Positions 13,443 through 25,041 of a DNA stretch of 64,000 bases are shown here, in pieces. This DNA is from Takakia lepidozioides. Lineage: Eukaryota > Plantae > Bryophyta. A model generated the notes under the pieces. The model made no database searches. It saw only the letters and a program-made list of their open reading frames with translations, and had not been told where the DNA came from. Location: assembly GCA_030704615.1 (NCBI GenBank), contig CM060731.1:7254001-7318000 (forward strand). The letters are read 5' to 3'. Positions within the stretch are counted from its first letter, which is position 1; each line of letters opens with the position of its first letter. The position numbers and the translations under genes are program-made.

Positions 13443-14905
13443 ATTTATGTAAACAAAAAATAGTCGGTTCCGGTTCTGATTGAATGAGGCATTTGAAAGA
13501 TCCTGCGGAGGCGGTTCTTTACCATTATGGATTTTTTCAGAGAACCTACGGTTACGGGTCTTTGGCAGTATGGCACATGAGGTTATGAGGCGGAGGTGGT
13601 TATCTCAACATCTTATTAGAAAGGTTATAAAGCCCGGTTTTCTCAAAAATACTCCATTGTCGGCCAGGTCAGGAGGTCAACTGCCTAATAACAAACATCA
13701 TCAATCATAATAAGGGGAAGACACTGATGTGGTGAATGAAAGGGTTTTAAAATGTTGACAACAATGCAGTGTTCAATGTCTCGTGTTGCCTTACAGCCAT
13801 CAATGAGGAAAAAACGGGCCATCTTGCACCAATACCTACAGCCTCCACAGCCGGTTATGTCTCTTTGATTCTACACTTACATTTCATATTTACCAAAATT
13901 GATATTCATAACACAATCAGGTTTACGAGACTAACAAAAATTGGAACAACCAACTTAGAGCAACCACCTTCATGCTCTTCCTATCAATTGCTGAAAATCA
14001 CCACAAAATTAAGTCGATATTGATATCAAAGAAGCCGCAGTAAAAGATGCATTTTGAGCAGCAAAGCACATGCTTTTGACTTATGACAAAGGTCCTGCAA
14101 AAAACATACACATTATATATGAGCTCAAACTTGACCGGTGCTGATTTCAAAATCCTACTCTGAGTTCATGCTTGTCATAGAAATAATTAACTTCCTATTC
14201 ATATTTATAAAATGGTTACTAGAAATTACCGATGAGCAATGTCAACTAAAAGAAGTTTGTCAAGAACATCAGGATACTCTTCACGTTCAACTTCGTTCTT
14301 GAATTCATCGTCAAGCTCCTCGGTCAAATTTGCTTCAGCCTCGCACATACTTGCAATGTCACTTTGGCTTCTCATATCTAGAACGAGGGTCACTTGGCTA
14401 GTTCTTGCCAAATAAAGATCATTTGGTCCAAGTGATCTGTTAAATGTTTGTAGTCGACATCTGCGAAGGGCAGTCAACACATCTGCAATGGAAAATATTC
14501 TTTCTGTTTCGATTTGATTCCCAGCTGGAATGCCAAGAATTTATCTAGCTTACATACCAATTGTTGGAAATTTGTGCTCATTGCTCCGCCACCAAGACAA
14601 AGCACATTTACAGTTTTCAACAGGGTAATGACGAAATCCCGATAGCTCTCTAGAAGCATATCTTTCAGCGTGTCTGTACTTGATTCCGTGGTCTGGAATA
14701 AGTCGTGAATATTCTCCATATAGCTTGAAGGCTGTACTTCAAGCTCAATCAACACTATATAGTCAGTACGACCTCACTGGCGCACTAAACTAAGCAAATA
14801 AACATCTGAACGTCCCGCCTGGACTAACTCCTGCACTAGACGACTCTTCCTCAAATGTTGGCACCTTCTCGCTCTCCTATCGATATTAGGTTGTTTTCAA
14901 TGCAG

Positions 14906-15106
14906 GAATTACAGGTGATGAGAACCAGTATGATGTTGCAAACATTCAAAGCGCATTGCAAAGTGTCACTGGCCAATCTCCCGGCATCGAATGCAACACA
15001 GACCAAAATGGAAATGCCCAATTGTACCAAATCTACGTCTGCATCTCCTCGGATGGCTCGTCCGTCATTTGCTTGTCCAGTTCTCCTTAACAATGAGTGC
15101 TCCGGA
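14906..15106 (+). pseudogene. Captured RNase T2 (RNS1/RNS3-like) 3' exon fragment inside the hAT relic
   Basis: After the acceptor ttttcaatgcAG (14904-14905) it reads GITGDENQYDVANIQSALQSVTGQSPGIECNTDQNGNAQLYQIYVCISSDGSSVI, then after a frameshift ACPVLLNNEC, the conserved C-terminus of plant class I T2 RNases. Confidence 0.8.
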
Positions 15107-16023
15107 CGTGGGCACCAATATGTTGTAACATTGCATTAGTAAGAGCAATAAGAGCTTTTGGTTATACTTCGGTAACCAAGATGGAGGCATTTTCACGACC
15201 TACGAATGTGGTGATCGTTCCGGCCAATCCCTTGAATCTAGGGTCCAGCATCAAAGCTAGCATGTTGTGGCCTTTTTTCTTCTCAAAATTATTCAGGAAA
15301 GAGATGAATGATAAGAGGGTTTGAACAATTTGTTGTTTCACGTTCACAATGAACTCCGCCAATTCGTCATCAAAAAGTGATGATCGTGGATTTGGAATAG
15401 CCCTGGCTGAAAGCTCTTCTTGACATTCATGGCATGTTGATATCACAAATTGTAAAGCATCCCCCAACAACCAATGTTCTCGGCTCTGATTTAATACACA
15501 ATTGGTTACTATGGTGACAAGACTTTCACCACAGCTTCACAGACAGCTCATGTTCGTGGAGGAGGAATACGATTCTGTAATGCCAAAGACTGGTGCGAGT
15601 AACAAAGAGCTATGGATGTTTGGTACAAAAGAGCATCCTGAAACAATAATACTCGACCTGCAAACCTGAAATTAAAAAAACTATATCAGTTCGAGCTGTG
15701 GCAAGAAACCTAAAACATGACAAAGAAGACTCATAAAAATGAAAGAAGACACATATAAGCTTGAAAGGAATTTAAATCAGACCTGGTTTTTCACAGGTGT
15801 ATTCAATTTTCGTGGCCTCATCCCAGATTTAATACAATGTCACTCTCTCCGTCCAATCCCTGATTTTTTTGGCCATGCGATACACTTCTGAATGTTGGCT
15901 TGTGCATAGTGAAAGCCTTCAGCAATCTTGTCATCAGTAGTTGCATACTGACATCGATAGGGCATGTCCAAAGCAAGCCCCGGAGAATGGCTCGGAGATG
16001 CCCAAATAATCACAGGAAACCAC

Positions 16024-16725
16024 GGGGGGTCACTATATGTATTTTTTCCATATCACGTGCATACAAAGGTATATTTATACTAGGCTATATTTTGCATTTT
16101 TTTCCACCCTCTCTTTAGGTGATATTTTAAAACCCTTTGTTTTCTAACACCCTATTTTTCTTTATAATTTTCTTTTGCAGCAATTAATTAATTAGACCAT
16201 ATTTTAAATTATCTTTGTAAACAATTGTAAAATTTCAAAGCATGTACACAAACAAGTACATTCCATATAACATAAGTCAAATGCCGGACCCAAGAAAAAG
16301 TTTAATTTTCATTAGCCACAAACTCATTCAAAGTCGCAACATCATTTGGATCTAAAGAGATGGTTCAAATGCCATAGTCACTGTTGAGATTATGGTATCA
16401 ACATCAATCCACTGAATCACTGGAATCATATTTGAACTTTAGGTGACCATCTACCTGATTTCATCTTGATGGATTAGAGCTGGATGAAATATGATAAACT
16501 TCACAAGGATGGATACATTATACTGTGGATAAAACCCTTTATTACATGAACCTTTTAAGTAAAACTATGGATTTTTGGTGACCATTCTTTTAAAAAAATT
16601 GGGTGAAAGGATATTGATCTACCATATTTTCTAAGTAAAACTTTTCTAAAATTTATCTCAAAAAAATAAATCACACCCTATATTTGCTCTCACATGGTTT
16701 TGAAAATACGGGGGAGTGACCCCTC
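16024..16725. mobile_element. AT-rich MITE-like insertion in the hAT relic
   Basis: Short inverted ends GGGGTCACT/AGTGACCCC interrupt the hAT frame; the same end motif recurs near 38807-38820; no clean TSD. Confidence 0.45.
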
Positions 16726-18454
16726 AAAGCAGGAAACAATTGTACTCATTGCTGCAACACATGTTTCCAGATTGGCACCCTCGTCTTTTACGTAATATAT
16801 GATATTTTTTTTAAGCTTAAATTTGTCAAGCGACTCTTGTAATTTTGCAGCCATGGCTGCCCAGTGGTCTCTCAGGCTTCAAAGAGACCTATTGTAACAT
16901 GTTTCATTTCACACTCACTTGAAAGAAAATTCACAACAACTGCAAATATGCTCCTTTGGACATCCAAAGGTCAAAAGTGCAAGTTGCTGACAAGCATGAA
17001 TTGAGAGCATGTTCTAAATATTCCTGAAGAGTTTTCTTCACTAATGAGGGCAACACTTCCTCTGTAAACACTTTCCTAGACGGGAAAACAACTCTAGGAC
17101 ATAGTCTATAAGCCATTCGTTGAAGCCAAATCGACTCAACAGTCCGGAGTGGGAAAAAACCTTTGACAATAAACAACATGACATCTTCCAGAAAACCCTT
17201 CTGTGTTGCATGGTCTTTCTTGAAAGGATCAACAGAGGAGAAAAACCCTGAAATGGCACTGGGCGTGATACTTGTTTCTTTGCTGGCTCACGCTCTAATG
17301 GACCTCTACGGTCATACCAATATCTAAAAAAAATTTATACATCCACCATTATATAAACCCGACTGGTATGAAAGTTTTGTGATACGTCTGGTACGAGGAC
17401 CAGACTTGTATGTAAAAAACTTAATACTAGTCCAACCTTGGTATTTATCCTATCCCGATGATATATCTATATCAAAATTAAGAAAACAATCTGACCCAGA
17501 GGGTATATATTTTTTAATTCTACAACGTGTTACCCGACCCGGAGGATATGGCTAAAACTATATACCCGCACAATGGTGGTTCAAGCCATATTAGGTACCA
17601 AAATTGCAAGATAAGTTGATGGATGTCAAAATTCATCTTTAAATGTATGTGCCAAATACGATAGAACTTACATTGATGTTTATTTTCAACATTGATTTGG
17701 AATCGTCGTCCATCATTTGTTAGTAATCTCAGAGAAATTAATGAAACAAATGCAAATTCAATATAGGACCAATCGATCAACTGTAATATAGTCTATAAGT
17801 GTTTCCTCCATAAGTGGTAGCCCTGGGGCCTCTATATAACTTGTTATAATTTTCATACTCTATTTTACAAAGGCTAAATGTTATTAGTTATATGTTATGC
17901 AATGAGGATGTTGTCCCCTTTATTAAGTGGCCCTCAATAAGTGTGTTCATCAATTCATGGTTAAATATTTATTTAATGGCAAATAAGGATGTTGAGATTG
18001 ATGTTTATCAAGGAGTGAAAATGCACAAAAAAAAAAAAAAAAATGCTTGAAAGAGCTTGGTGTGTGTGGATGAAACCCTTTCAACAATTACCAAGTGTTG
18101 GAAGCACACATGTCTACTCTAGTTGGCACTTCTGATGTCTTTGAACAAAATTCTAAACTATTAATGTTTCAAGCCATGAATTGCAAGGTTGTTTAATGTA
18201 TTTGACCGACCAGTTAGGTTCTCACTTGATAGTGCAAGTGTCATTCCAAACATGAGTGCTCACATGAATATATGCAAGTGCTACAAGGCAAAATTTCACC
18301 TGAATGATATTTTTCATGAGTCTCAGTGGATCAAGTGTGGGATATGGCTTTTCCCAATGTTAATGCATGAATGGAAGAAATCATAGAAGCTGAGGCCTTG
18401 TGCGTCTTATACTCACGTCCAGGATGCATGTCCAACTTCAAGTGTCCCTAGAAC

Positions 18455-18457
<3 letters not shown>

Positions 18458-18486
<29 letters not shown>
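18458..18486. repeat. (GA)n microsatellite
   Basis: Direct reading. Confidence 0.9.
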
Positions 18487-18488
<2 letters not shown>

Positions 18489-20963
18489 AGATAAAATGTC
18501 TTGTCGAGACATGGACAAGACCAAACAAGGTCTTTGTCAATTTGTATGACAAATCAGCCTCATAACGAGGCACTATCAATCACTCTTCATTCATAAACCA
18601 GTCTGATGACATATAACAGATCTCACAGTTGATGAAATCTCTGGGAGGGGGGGTGGGATCATATAAACATCCGTTTCAGACAAACAGGGACCCAATCAAG
18701 GGTATGCTTCATACGGAATATTAGAAACATTTCATAGCAGGAAAATTATGTTTAACTTGCTAAGTTTACCACCCATGTTCCCATTAATAAACTGGAGAAG
18801 AAGTTCCAGTTTTCATATAGCCATAATGGTCAGATTAGAGCAATAAACAGCTTCTAAACTATAACACATGAAGGGAAAGTCCACACATCTTGTTTTTTGT
18901 CCCAAGACCTAGTTTCAATCTGGGGCCAGTGTATAAATGGATTCAAAAGGTTTTGAGCAGTAAGTGATTACTGATAGTCACAGACTATAAAGAAATCTAG
19001 AAAAACATGTCATGGTATATGCCTTAGTAGTAAAGACAGTCTATCCAGAGCCCGTTTTAGGTCTTGGGGCAATCTGTATCTACTCCAGCAAGGTACTTGC
19101 AAGGTCACAAACAAGTAGAGAAGGACAGGAACCCATATGGTCTGCATCAGGCAGCATACATGGCCTAAAAACAAAGGATTGTGGTTCCTTATGTCCTCTT
19201 ACTTAGCTGCTTGATATCATTCAAGCCACAGCATCATACCAGTCCCATAGACCAAAATAAAAAGCTCATGTTGTGTTGTAAGACAACAAATCCAGCATCA
19301 TCACGTAGTGTAGCAGAAATCAAAGGCAAGAGTCTTTAATAGAAAGTATGTGTTCTAATAAAGCTCATCTAATGTATTAATGCTCAACATGAAGAGTTGG
19401 AAGCATAGCCAGAAAGATCAAGAAATGGGGGCAGATTCGAATCAGCTCCCTGAAGAAACAGCTTGAGTCGACTTCACTTCAGCTTGCTAGTTTTCAATCA
19501 ATTGCAAGCTTCATGAATCATATTAAGTGAGGGCCCTCACCTGGTCCCATCACATGCAGTCAAAAAACAATGAAGTTAGTGAAGATGTAGAACCCCAGGT
19601 GAATATCAGGCCTCACGTTTGTTATCGCTGTACAACATGCGTTCAAAAAGCAAGAAGAGATCAAAAGCAGAGCAAAGATATCCACAACCTTAAGTGTTTG
19701 TGGAAGAGGATTCGACATAGCTCCAAGAACTCGATAATCGACAGCACAAACAAGCAATGGTTTGCTGAAATCTACGAGCATTTTATCAGGTGAAGGGACT
19801 TCCTGATGGTTTAAGAGCGGCGCTGGATCTTAATGATCATTGAACGGAACGGCAAGCAGTCACAGCTTAAAGTAGGTTGCCCGCCAAGGGAAGAGACAAC
19901 CTCATTGAGGGAATTGAAGCTCAGCCGCCTTTGCACACCCCAAAGGGATTTGAAAAGTACTGGAATCTTGCCAAAGCACTTGCAGGCTGTCATAAAGCTT
20001 CTCCATAGCAATCAAATTCACAAGATTTGTGCTTAAATGATCCCTCTGACACCATCTCTCAGCTCCATCAGAATCAAAACGCACGAGTATCGTGCAGAGT
20101 TTAAGGGCGGAGGAAGAGATAGGGCAAACCTTTGCGATTTCATCCAGAATAGATGAAAAACAGATAATGTAAAGTATTTCCCTGATTCCAGTATGATGTC
20201 ATCCGGTAGTGATGGCATCCAAAAGTAGAGTCTGGCTTTCATTAGGGTTTAGTTTTCATGACCAAACTCATCCAAAGAACCCAGTAATCAGAGAAATTGC
20301 TATAATGGAATTCCTCCATTTTCGTGATTACATCCATTGTGGATTAAAAAAGGTTTAGACAAAATTAGTCCAAGCCGGCCTGGGTTTTGGAAAAAGTACA
20401 AGCAAATTCCTTGTACTGAGGGAGAGGGAGAGAGGGAGAGAGAGGGAGAGAGAGCTCCGGACGAGGCCGGCGTAACTAAGAGCCACTTCACCTTGCGGCT
20501 ACTGCCCCCTTTTGGGGGTGGGCCTTATACAACATATCCACATTGATTGAGTAAAAAGCCTATCTCAATAGAGAAGGATGTAGCTATTGAACTACACATT
20601 AAAGAGAGTAGTTATAAATAAAACCATAGACTCTTATTTTTAATGATAAAATCTCTAGATAACACAACTTATTTCTTATATGGATGTTTTTCTTTCAACA
20701 CTGGTGGAAAACGATTAATAACATATTTTGTAATTTCTAATTGAATCTTTAAAACTGTTAGTAATTAGTACATTTCTACTAAGTGTTTTATTTTTCAATC
20801 TCCCTTTATATATCCGCTATAGTGAACATTCTCATTCTATGCAATCTGCCACATTTTTGCTTAAAACTCCCACATATGTCACTTCAAAAAACAAATTCAC
20901 ATATAATTTTTGACCAGTGGTTTGGCATCTACAGACTACCACCCTCTTAATCTGTGGGTTCAA

Positions 20964-21139
20964 GACAACCAGCATGTAGCCCAGTGGTAATGGGCATATA
21001 CCACGTTGGGTGTGGTTGTGGGTTCAAACCACGGTCCAGTGTTCATGAAGGTGCCCACCTTTCAGCTAGAAGGCAGTAGCCCTTGTGGTGAAGTGACACC
21101 ATAAGTTACGCCCCCTTCGGGAGGTGTCATACGTTTTTT
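20964..21139 (+). mobile_element. Full-length tRNA-derived SINE (tRNA-His-like head)
   Basis: A-box TAGCCCAGTGG (20977-20987), B-box GGTTCAAACC (21021-21030), oligo-T tail, 11-bp TSD TGTGGGTTCAA (20953-20963, 21140-21150). Confidence 0.8.
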
Positions 21140-22358
21140 TGTGGGTTCAATCCTTTGCTGGTTCATTGACCTTCAGATCTGGGGTTTGGTCTCTCCGTTA
21201 GCTAACTTTGTTTGATAGGAAACAGTATGTACTTAGCTAGCATGGCTTATATGCCTTGCCCCGCTTCTCCATTGTAAGCACCCTAACATACTCCATGGAT
21301 TATATATAACCAAACATAACCAAGGAGTTCGGCATCTTCAAAAACTTCTTCTGTCACATCCTAAATCCAGATGGTTTAATCTCATCAATGTAGGCACATT
21401 TCAAGGTAGACCATTGGACCACACAATACCTTCATGGCTTCTATCTGCACATGACTCTATATCCCATGTCGTTGTCCAGCAAGGTTAGGCCATGATATTC
21501 TACTTATTCATGGACTACCTCTTTTGTCAACAATAGCAACAAGTCCACACCCTTCATACATAGACTTTACATTTTGTCATGATAGAGACCCTAACCAATC
21601 AATTATTTATAAACATGAATAATATGAACCACTCATTTAGCCCTCCGTCACCATGGATAGAACACTGCCCTTTGACTATCATTACCGCTTGTGTCAGAAG
21701 AAGCACATTGCTACAACACTCAAGAAAACCTCAAACTTTCGACACCACCCCATTCCTACATACCCTACACTTCATAACAATTACGTCACTCATAGCCTTA
21801 ATCCTCAACAAAAGAAAGATTGAAACTGGCCCGCTTGCCACTATGTAACTGGTTCTGGTTTTCATAGAGCCCACCCCCGGAAAGGGATGATACCTGCAAG
21901 GGGAAGTTGCTGCTCTTTAAGATAGCTCCGGCTCACGTCATATATATATATGCCATACAAGCTTATATATATATATATATATATTTTTTAAAGGGGGACG
22001 TAGGCCCTTTTAATCAAATTATTAAATGAAAAAAATATAACCTCAAAGGCCATAAGGCTACAAAGCATAAGGCTACTCTTTTTAATATGACTTAATAATA
22101 GGCCATAGTTATATTAAACTAATCCAAAAGTAATATATCATTCCATGCGGTGCGAGTGTGTAGTATGTTTCATGGTGTGCGGGGTTTGTATTTTTGTTTT
22201 TTTCCTGTAAAACAACTGTACAGTTGGGGATACAACTGTACCTGCATACAATTTTACTTTTTTCTTATAAAGTTTTGAGGGCCTCCGTCCCCTCTTGTGA
22301 ACATAATAATAATAATAATCATTAGAATATATTATGCCTCATGAAGAAAGCGTGCCAA

Positions 22359-22574
22359 ATTATGGTGTCTGTTGACCCCCAAGGGCTCGTGCCCGGCCTT
22401 CCGGCAGGAAGGTGGACACCTTTGTGACAATGTGAATATATATTCAACCAAGTCGGTAATGGGCACACACCACCTCAAAAGTGGTTGTGGGTTCAATCCA
22501 CCAATTGGTGTCACAAAGGTGTCACCTTCCCGCCTTAAGGAGTCAAGAGACACCATCATTTTGGGAGACGTCAT
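22359..22574. mobile_element. Two inverted SINE-family fragments forming a hairpin
   Basis: 22363-22430 is reverse-complementary to 22510-22556; the right half has GGTAATGGGCAC..GGTTCAATCC. Confidence 0.55.
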
Positions 22575-23766
22575 ACTTTTACTTCTCTCTCTATCTATAT
22601 ATACTATTTCAGTCTCTCCGGGTCAATCTGCAGCCAAAACACGACATAGAGGCATACCGTGTAGAATCTAAACTCTTTCTCTGGACAATCAATCCAATCC
22701 ATGCCCAAATTCTTGATAAATGATATGGAGGTATGAAGAGATCTTGAACTGATTGCTACATGTCCTTTACAGAAGAGAAAGACATATGACCCAACTGGGA
22801 GTTGAACCCAGCAAGTGCCCAATGCACTGGGCCTCTCTTCAGGAGCAGGTATGCAACACTGCTCAAGAATTGAGCAGTGTTGCATCTGCTTCTGACTAGA
22901 CCTGATCCAAGCACAAATGCCTTAGCGCCTTACAGACCTTGTGCTTGGATCAGGCAAAGAGTCAAACCGACCAACCCCACCACACCCCAAACACCACCCA
23001 CAGTGCCAACATCACATGAGGAGACAACCTCTGAGAGTCCTTAGTAGCACATACTCATAGCCCTGCACCAGCAAACATGAAGAGAAAAAAATGAAAGGCT
23101 GCCTGTAATACCTACCTAGTGTAGTTAGTGATCAGTAGCATGGTTTTGCATTAGAAACTCTCCAGTGCTCACCCTAAGACAGCTCCTATATGTTTCACAG
23201 AACCCATGTTGCACAAAAATCTGGTCTCCATTAAGCCACTAAGCCACTGTGACATAAGTATGACTAGCAATTGAGCTGTCCTCCAAGCCCTAGATACTCT
23301 TATGTCTGGTTGACAACTTGTAGGTACAAGATTTAGCATGCACCCTCTACACAAAGCCAGTTGTCATACCCCAGCTAGCAGCCCTCTAGAACAACATCAA
23401 CTCTACAAATCCAGTAAGTTGCATCAAGCTGATCTGGTGCATGGTCTGCAGTGTACGATATCCTAATTCTATTACTCACATCTGCGTGTATGGAACATGC
23501 TGAATACCATTCTAAACATCTAATTTTTGTGTAGTATGCTGACAAGTCAAGTACTGTGCACACCACGGCATGCCACATTCACAGAGAGGAGTGTATATGG
23601 CTCGTCAGGAATTAGAGTCTGCAACGAAAAACAAAACCCAACCCAACAATGTGAAATGGGATCGCCAAATTCTCCAACATATCATGCAATGTAATGCAAC
23701 TTGGAAAAGTGGGTTTTGCAAAAAGTTGATTACCTTTCATTTTTGGTTGCATGCTGTGGGACTCAG

Positions 23767-25041
23767 CTACTGATCTTTCCATTTGGCTCCATTAGACACC
23801 AGCTTGAGTGCTGTGAGAGCTTCCAGCAGTTGGCTCCATCGCTGTTCAAGAGATCCAGTGAACCCAACTGACATGCGCACTAGACCTGGTGAGATCCCAG
23901 CTACAGCCTGCTCCTCCTTGCTTAGTGCACTGCTGGTGCTGGATCCAGAGCAAGACATAAGAGTATCGTGGTGTCCCAGGCTCACAGCCATAAACCCAAA
24001 CTGTGTCACGTTTTGCAAATGCCGCATCAGCTCCTGTGCACGCTCTTTGGTCCCCAAATCTAAACACAGAATGCCTCCATATCCAAATTCTTCATTAAGA
24101 AGGCTGGTCATTAGTTTATGTTGGGGATGCTCTTCCAGTCCCGGATAGATGACTCTTAGTCCCAGCGACTTCAGCCTGCGTGCATAGATAAGAGTTCTTT
24201 GACAAAACTCCTTCATTCGGATAGCAAGGTGTGGCATCCTCAACGAGATTTGAAATGCAACATGAGGATCCATCGTTGGTCCCAGCAGCATGAGGGCGCC
24301 CTGATGCAGGTCCATCATGGCGCTGATCAGCTCGGCTGGCCCACACACAGCCCCTGCAATGATGTCGCCAGCACCACTGATGTATTTGGACAGACTATGA
24401 ACCACCACATCAGCCCCTAGGCGAGCTGGTGACAGCAGCATCGGCGCAAAAGTGTTGTCCACCACCACTTTTATGCCCTTCTTATGTGCCACAGCTGATA
24501 ATGCTGGAATGTTGGCCACTGTCAACTGCGGATTGGACATGGATTCTAAGTACATAACCTTGGTGGCTGGAGTTATCGCCGCATTCACCATCTCTAGATC
24601 CTCAATGTCTACAAAGGTTGTGCTGATATTACAAGTGCGCGGGAGAAAGTGCGCGAGGAGGGCATGCGTGCCTCCATAGAGCCGATTGGAGGCGACCACG
24701 TTGTTACCACTGCTGCACAGCTGTAACAAAACAGCGGATATGGCAGACATCCCACTGGCTGTGCAGTACGCTGCCTCTGTGCCCTCCAAGGCCGCCATTT
24801 TCCGGCCTAAGTTCAGTACAGTGGGATTGAAGTGGCGGCTGTAGATGTACAAACCATGGTCTGGGCCTAACTCGCCTGCAAATAACTTGTTCATTGTCTC
24901 AGGCTCCACCACTGCAAAGGTGGAGGAGGCCTCAATTGACGCGTTGACACCCCCATGCTCACCAAAAGCATGCCTCAGGCTGGCCAGCCGCTGCACGGGA
25001 TCTACCATTTTCCTCACATGCCCAGTATGGTCGTCGTCCAT
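23767..25041 (-). CDS. MGL: Methionine gamma-lyase (PLP-dependent), intronless, 424 aa
   Basis: Plant MGL signatures FGEHGGVNASIEASSTF, YIYSRHFNPTV, SGMSAI, DNTF, PLP-lysine motif HSLSKYISG, GFMAVSLG, GLVRMSVG; uninterrupted ORF with an in-frame stop 8 codons upstream of the ATG. Confidence 0.95.
   Translation of the reverse strand: MDDDHTGHVRKMVDPVQRLASLRHAFGEHGGVNASIEASSTFAVVEPETMNKLFAGELGPDHGLYIYSRHFNPTVLNLGRKMAALEGTEAAYCTASGMSAISAVLLQLCSSGNNVVASNRLYGGTHALLAHFLPRTCNISTTFVDIEDLEMVNAAITPATKVMYLESMSNPQLTVANIPALSAVAHKKGIKVVVDNTFAPMLLSPARLGADVVVHSLSKYISGAGDIIAGAVCGPAELISAMMDLHQGALMLLGPTMDPHVAFQISLRMPHLAIRMKEFCQRTLIYARRLKSLGLRVIYPGLEEHPQHKLMTSLLNEEFGYGGILCLDLGTKERAQELMRHLQNVTQFGFMAVSLGHHDTLMSCSGSSTSSALSKEEQAVAGISPGLVRMSVGFTGSLEQRWSQLLEALTALKLVSNGAKWKDQ

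Larger units (their letters stand above)
14226..17290 (-). pseudogene. Degenerate hAT transposase with internal insertions
   Basis: Fragments in order: FPSRK..TFDLWMSKG (first D), YYVKDEGANL (second D), GACFGHALS (CxxH), LALMLDPRFK, LSWWRSNEHKFP..IETERIFSIA (hAT dimerisation domain); many stops and frameshifts. Confidence 0.85.

Noticed and set aside
19540-20250. Possible pseudogene on the minus strand
   Set aside because: Coding-like stretches are broken by stops and show no family motif I can identify.
20964-21040. Genuine tRNA gene
   Set aside because: A and B boxes are present but there is no proper acceptor stem; it has a body, T-tail, TSD and diverged copies, so it is a SINE.
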